From positions 114,268,001 through 114,332,000 of the forward strand of contig NC_086108.1 in assembly GCF_963921235.1 (NCBI RefSeq): DNA of 64,000 bases, read 5' to 3'. Shown here piece after piece: positions 52,999 to 60,700 of the stretch. Position 1 is the stretch's first letter, and each line of letters opens with the position of its first letter. The DNA is from Mobula hypostoma. Lineage: Eukaryota. A model generated the notes under the pieces. It searched no databases, was not told where the DNA came from, and saw nothing but the letters and a program-made list of their open reading frames with translations. A program made the translations under genes and the position numbers.

Positions 52999-54719
52999 TA
53001 CATACACATTCTTTTTCTCTCTCTCCTTTTCTCCCTCTGTCCCTCTGACTATACCCCTTGCCCATCCTCTGGGTCCCCCCCTCCCCCTTTTCCTTCTCCC
53101 TGGGCCTCCTGTTCCATGATCCTCTCATATCCCTTTCACCAATCACCTGTCCAGCTCTTGGCTCCATTCCCCCCCCCCTCCTGTCTTCTCCTATCATTTT
53201 GGATTTCCACCTCCCCCTCCCACTTTCAAATCTGTTACTAGCTCTTCTTTCAGTGAGCCCTGACGAAGGGTCTCGGCCTGAAACATCGACTACCTCTTCC
53301 CAGAGATGCTGCCTGGCCTGCTGCGTTCACCAGCATTTTTTGTGTGTTCAGCTTTTCAACACTTGTTTTTGGAGTTTAACCAGCGAGGTGTTTCTCCATG
53401 GTGCTTTTTCCTTCCCAGAAACTGCATTTAATTTTGAAGGGGCGATTGCATCAATGACATCTGTAATTTTAGAGTTGACATGGTCTGCGAGATCATTGAC
53501 AGAGGCCGGAGAAAAGGCAGGTGTGGGAGGAAAGGTCTGTGTGAAAAATACCTCCGTCTTTTCAGTGATAGACCATTTTGTGATTACCTCTGTTTGAGCA
53601 TTAGTGATTAGAGACCGTAATTTTAAAGAAAACACAGAAATGATCTGAAAGAGCAACAATTGGTTATCACAACCTCAGAGGTGTTAAGACATTTGGAGAT
53701 GAGTAGGTCAAGGGTGTGGCCCTTTCTGTGTGTGGGCCCTGTCACATGCTGTATCAGTCCATCATTGTCTCGGCTGCAGAACAGTTCATTAGCACTACCG
53801 GGCTTGGGGTTATCAGCATGAATATTAAAGTCACCAATAGTGACTACCCAGTCAAAACCAATGCAAGCAATGGACAGTAGTTCAGCGAAGTCATCAAAAA
53901 AGGTTGCACAATAAGTTGGTGGCCTGTACAGTTAAAAATAAAGCATGATGGAAGGATTTCAACTAAAGAGCAAGATATTGAAAAGATGCGAATGTTCCTG
54001 GTGATATCTGCTTACACTGATAAGAATTTTAAACAGACCGCCTATTCCTCCCCCTCGTTTCTTTATCCTGGTCTGATTTACAAAATTAAATTAGGAGGAG
54101 CTGATTCAATGAGAACTCCTACACCGTTGTTTTGGTCCAGCCCAATCTCTGTTAGAAATGTAAAATCAGGGCTCTGCCTGATAATTAAGTCATTAATTAG
54201 AAGTGATTTGCCAGCCAAAGACCTAACATTTAGTAAGGCTAGGTTTAATGTCACCTCTCTGTGTTTGTCCCCAGTGGCCTGGTCATCACCATGATCGTCA
54301 GTTTGTTCTTCATCCTCTTGCTACGGTTCACCGCCGGCATTCTCTTCTGGTTCGTCATCTTCGGGGTGATCGCGGTGATTGGCTATGGTGAGTCTCGCTG
54401 TGAGCAACACGTGCGCGCGCGTGCGGATGTGTGTGTGTGCGCGCGGGTGTGGGTGTGTGTGTGTGCGCGCGCGGGTGTGGGTGTGTGTGCGCGCATGTGT
54501 GTGGGTGTGTGTGTGTGCGCGCGTGCAGATGTGTGTGTGTGCGCATGTGTGTGGGTGTGTGTGTGCGCGTGTGGATGTGTGTGCGCGCGTGCGGATGTGT
54601 GTGTGTGCGTGCGGGTGTGGGTGTGTGTGTGTGCGCGTGTGTGTGGGTGTGTGTGCGCGTGTGTGTGGGTGTGTGTGTGCGCGCGGGTGTGGGTGTGTGT
54701 GCGCGCGGGTGTTTGTGTG

Positions 54720-54767
<48 letters not shown>

Positions 54768-57700
54768 GTGTTTTTATCGGACTGACCTTTGGGTTCACAC
54801 AGCAGGTCAGGGTTTGGTGCTCCTGTGGGGAATGACTCACCTCCCAACACCCAGGGGTCATCGCCAATACCCAGGGCAAAAGTCAGGAGTGTGATTGAAG
54901 CTTCTTCTCTTAAAGATTAGCTTTATTTATCACATGTACATTGAAACATACAGTGAAATCAAATCCATGAGCATTGTGCTGGGCGGCTCGTAGGTCTTTG
55001 GAATGTGGAACCAGAATACCCAAGGAGGGCCTGTGGGTGGGTCTGAGCCTCGGGTTCCGGGGTGGACAGGCAGCTCCTGTGATTCTGGATGAGTACTCAA
55101 TACATTGTGTATGTGTCACCCCTTGGAGAGCTGGGATGGAGAGTGGTAATGCTGACCTCCCAGTTAAATTCAGCAAGGAGAAAAATATAAAGGGATCTGG
55201 GAATACAGATCCATAATTCTTTAAAAGTGATGTCACAGGTGGATAGGGTTACTCTGGCATATTGGCTTTCAGAAATCAATGTACTGAGTGTAGGAGTTGG
55301 AGTGTTATGTTGAATTTGTGTAAGACACTGGCAAAGCCTAATTTGGAGTATTGTGTGCAGTTATGGTCACCTACCTACAGGAAAGATGTAAATAAAATTG
55401 AAAGAGTGCAGAGAAAATTTACAAGCATGTTACCAGGGCTTGAGGATCTGAGTTATAGGAAAAGGTCGAATAGGTTAGGACTTTTATTCCCTAGAGCGTA
55501 GGAGAATGAGAGGAGAATTATGAGGCATAGATAGAGTAAATGCAAGCAGACCTAGAATGGGGTGAGAGAGATAGTAAATCAGCCCTGATGGAGCAGACTC
55601 GATGGGCTGAATGGCCTAATTCTGCCCCTGTACCTTATGGTCTATTTGGCATTTCAACTCAGGGAATAAGACTAACTGTCAACTCTGCCTGTGCCTCTTA
55701 TAATGTTATAAACGTCTATCATGTCTATGTAGATGGCACAAAGGTTGATGGTCTTTGGATAGTGTAGGAGATTGTTGTAGGTTACAATGGGACATTAATG
55801 GGAAATAGAGCTGGGCTGAAAAATGGCAGATAGAGTTCAACCTGGAAAAGTGTGAAGTGATTCACTTTGGTAGGTCGATCTTGAAGGTGGAGTACAGGGT
55901 TAATGGCAGGGTTCTTGGCAATGTGCAGGAACAAAGGGAACCTGAGTCCACGTCCTCAGGTCCCTGAAAGTTGCAGTCCAAGTGTGGTTAAGAGGGAGTG
56001 TAGAGTTGGCCTTCATTAGTCAGGGAATTAATTACATAAGCCCTAAGGTAATGTTACAGTTCTATAAAATTCTGGTTCGACCGCACGGAGTATTGTATTC
56101 AGTTCTGGGCTGCTCTTAAAGGAAGAATGTGGAAGCTTTAGAGAAGGTGCAGAGGAGATTCACCAGGACGCTGCCTGGATTAGTGAGCATGTCTTATGAG
56201 GAAAGGTTGAGTGAACTGGGGCTTTTCTCTTTGCAGTGAAGGAGGATGAGAAGTGACTTGAGTGAGATGTGCAAGGTTGGTAAGATAGATTGAGTGGACA
56301 GAGAGAATGTTTTCCCAGGGCGGAAATGACTAAACAAGGTGATTGGAGGGATGTTTGAGGGAATGTCCGAGAGTGGTGGGTGCATAGAATGTGCTGCTTG
56401 TTGTGGTGGTAAAGGCAGATATATTAGAGGCATGTACGAGTTCTTAGATAGGCACTTTAATGATAGAAATATATAGGACTACGTGGGAGGGAAGGACACC
56501 CTGACTAATCATGAACCTATCAACCTCCACCTTAAATATAGTCAAAGCCAATGAAATGCACAAATTTATCAACCTCTGGCTAAAGAAATTCCTCCTCATC
56601 TATTCTGAGGGATTTTGAATCTTTGAAGTTCTGCCAATTTTTGTCCTCCATTTCTCCTTCTCTAGCATTATTTTCCAGCCGTCCAATATCCACTCTCAAC
56701 TCTCTTATCTCTGTCTCTCTCTCCCTCCCTCTCCCTCTCCCTCTCATGAAAAACTTATGGTATCCACTTTTATATTATTGGCTAACTTCCCTTCATACTT
56801 CATGTTTTCTCTCCTTATGGCTTTTTAAGTTGCCTTCTGTTGGTTATTAAAAGCTTCCCAATCCTCTAGTTTGCCACTCATTTTTGCTATAATGTATGCC
56901 CTATGCTTTGCTTTTATGCTGTCTTTGATTTCCATTGTCACCAATGGTTGCTTCATCCTCCTTTTAGAATACTTTTTCATCTTTGAGATGTATCTATTCC
57001 GAATTGTCCCCAGAAACTCCAGCCATTCCTGCTATGCTGTCATCTCTGCTGGTGTCGTCTTCCAATCAACTTTGGCTAGCTCATCTCTCTTACCTCTGCG
57101 ATTCCCTTTGCTCCACTGTAAAACTGATACAACTGAGGTGCAAGATTCCCTAAAGGTTGATTTGCAGGTTGAGTCTGTGGCGAATGCGATGTTAGCATTC
57201 ATTTCAGGAGGGTTTGGGTCCCTTATCGTAGAAAGGATGTGCTGGAATTGGAGAAGCTTCAAACGAGGTTCATAAAAATGATTTCAGGATTGAATGGGTT
57301 GTCTTATGAAGAGTATGTGATGGCTCAGGGCCTGTATTCACTCGAATTCAGAAGAATGAGGAGTGAGCTCAATGAAACCTATCAAATGAAAGGCCTCGAC
57401 AGCGTGGATATGAAGAGGATATTTCCTATAGTCATAGTCATAGTCATACTTTATTGATCCCGGGGGAAATTGGTTTTCGTTACAGTTGCACCATAAATAA
57501 TAAATAGTAATAAAACCATAAATAGTTAAATAGTAATATGTAAATTATGAAATAAGTCTAGGACCAGCCTATTGGCTCAGAGTGTCTGACCCTCCAAGGG
57601 AGGAGTTGTAAAGTTTGATGGCCACAGGCAGGAATGACTTCCTATGACGCTCAGTGTTGCATCTCGGTGGAATGAGTCTCTGGCTGAATGTACTCCTGTG

Positions 57701-60700
57701 CCCAACCAGTACATTATGTAGTGGATGGGAGACGTTGTCCAAGATGGCATGCAACTTAGACAGCATCCTCTTTTCAGACACCACCATCAGAGAGTCCAGT
57801 TCCATCCCCACAACATCACTGGCCTTACGAATGAGTTTGTTGATTCTGTTGGTGTCTGCTACCCTCAGCCTGCTGCCCCAGCACACAACAGCAAACATGA
57901 TAGCAGTGGCCACCACAGACTCGTAGAACATCCTCAACATATAGTGGGTGAGTCTGAGACCAGAGGACACAGCATCAGAATAGAAAGGCGTCCTTTTAGA
58001 ACGGAGATGAAGAAGAATTTCTTTAGCCAGAGAGTGTTGAATCTGTGGAATCTGTTGCCACAGACAGATATGAGGGCCAGGTCTTTATATTACCTTCAGG
58101 AGGAAGTTGATAGATTCGTGAGTGGTCAGGGCATGAAGGGATATGGGGTGAAGGCAGGAGAGTGGGGCAGATAGGAAAAATGGATCAGCTGTGATGAAAT
58201 GGCAGAGCAGACTAGATAGACCAAATGGTCTAAACCTGCTCCTGTATCTTATGATCTTATGGTCTTATGGACTTTAGTTTCCCCTTCTCAAATTTCATGG
58301 CAAATCCTATTATATTATGATTCCTGCCTGTCTTACAAGGGTTCCTTTACCTTAAGCTCCCTAATGAAACCTGGTTCATTATACAACACCCAATACAAAA
58401 TTGCCATTCCTTTAGTGGCCTCAACCACCAACTGCTCTAAAAAGCCATCTCGTGAACGTTCTACAAATTCCCTCTCTTGGGATCCAGCACCAACCTGATT
58501 TTCCCAATCTACCTGTGTATTGAAATCCCCCTTGATTATTGTAACATTGCACTTTTTGCATGCCTTTTCTATGTCCCGTTGTAATTTATCTTGCCCACCC
58601 TGGCTGTTATTTGGAGGCTTGTATATAGTTCTCATCAGGATCTTTACTCTTGCAATTTCTTAACTCTACCTACAAGGATTCTGCATCTTCTGATCCTATG
58701 TTACCTCTTTCTAAGGATTTGATTTCATGTTTTACCACCAAAGCCAGCCCTCTGCCTACCTGCATGAACTTTTGATACAATGTGTAGCCTTGAACGTGAA
58801 GGTCCCAGCTATAATCTACTTTCAGCCACGGCTCAGTGATGCCCACAACATCATACCTGCCAGTTTCTAACTGCGCTACCAGATCTCCGACCTGATTCCG
58901 TATTCTGAGTGCATTCAAATTTAACACTTCTCAATTTTGCCCCCATGTTATACTTCAGCTTCAGAATCAGATTTAACATCACTAGTGTATGTCATGAAAT
59001 TTGTCTTTGCAGCAGTGATACAATGCAATACATAAAATGTTTATGGGTTCACTGTCCAATCAGAAATTGGATGGTAGAGGGGAAGAAGCTGTTCCTGACC
59101 CATTCATTGTGTGTCTTCAGGCTCCTATACCTCCTTCCTGATGGTAGCAATGATGGTAGCATGTCCTGGGTGATGGGGGTCCTTGATGATGGATGCTGTT
59201 TTTTGAGGCATCTACTCCTTGAAGATGTCCTGGATTCTGGGGAGACTCGTGCCCATGATGGAGCTGACTGAGTTTACAACTTTCTGTAGCTTATTTCAAT
59301 CCTGTGCAGTGATCCACCCCCCCAATACCAGACGGTAGTGCAGCCAGTTGGAATGCTCTCCACAGCGTGTCTGTAGACATTTGCGAGTATCTTTATCAGA
59401 ATCAAGTTTATTATCACTGACATGTGTCATGAAATTCGTTAACTTAGCAGCAGCAGTTCAATGTAATACATAGTATGGAAGAGAAAATAAATAAATTACA
59501 GTATACTTATACTGAATAGATTAAAAATCATGCAAAAACAGAAATAATAGATATATAAAAGTGAGGTAATGCTCATGGGTTCAATGTCCATTTAGGAATT
59601 GGATGGCAGAGGGAAGAAGCTGTTCCTGAATCGCTGTGTGTGTGCCTTCAGGCTTCTGTACCTCCTACCTGATGGTAACAGTGAGAAAAGGGCATGTCCT
59701 GGGTGCTGGAGGTCCTTAATAATGGACGCTGCCTTTCTGAGACGCTGCTCCTTGAAGATGTCCTGGGTACTTTGTAGGCTAGTATTCAAGATGGAGCTGA
59801 CTAGATTTACAGCCCTCTGCAGTTTCTTTCTTTAGTGACAGACCAAATCACCTCAATGAAATACAGCCGCTGTTGCGCCTTCTTTGTAGCTGCATCGATA
59901 TGTTGGGCCCAGGATAGATCCTCAGAGGTATTGATACCCAGGAACTTGAAGTTGTTCACTCTCTCCACTTCTGATCCCTCTATGAGGAGTGGTGTGTGTT
60001 CCCTCATCTTATCCTTTCTGGAGACCACAATCAGTTCTTTGATCTTACTGACATTGAGTGCCAGGTTGTTGCTGTGACACTACTCAACTAGCTGATGTAT
60101 CTCGCTCCCGTATGCCCTTTCGTGACCATCTGAAATTCTGCCAACAATCCTTGTATCACCTACACATTTGAGCTGTTCCTAGCCACACAGTCATGGGCGT
60201 AGAGAGAGTGGAGCAGTGGGCTAAGCACACATTCCAGAGGCGCGCCAGGGATGATTGTCAGCGAGGTAGAGATGTTATTTCCAACCTGCACAGATTGTGA
60301 TCTTCCAGTTAGGAAGTCGAGGATCCTGTTGCAGAGTTTGTGAACCCTGTAGAATTTCCTCTATTCCTGCATAAGTATGACCTAAATGTGATCAGGTCTT
60401 CATGCAAGTCCTACAACTAGATAAAGAGAACCAATTAAATAAATAACACAAAAATCATTATACTTGTTCATTTATTTATTGAGAAAAATGATCCAGTATT
60501 ACATGTATTTGTTGGAAAAAGTATGTGAACCTTTGCTTTCAGTAAGTGGTGTGACCCCTTGTGCAGCAATAACTTCAACCAACTTTTCCAGTAACTGTTG
60601 ATCAGTCCTGCACATCAGCTTGGCGGAATTTTAGGCCTTTCAAAACTGCTTCAACTCTGGGATGTTGGTGGACTTTCTTGCATGAACTTCTTACTTCAGT

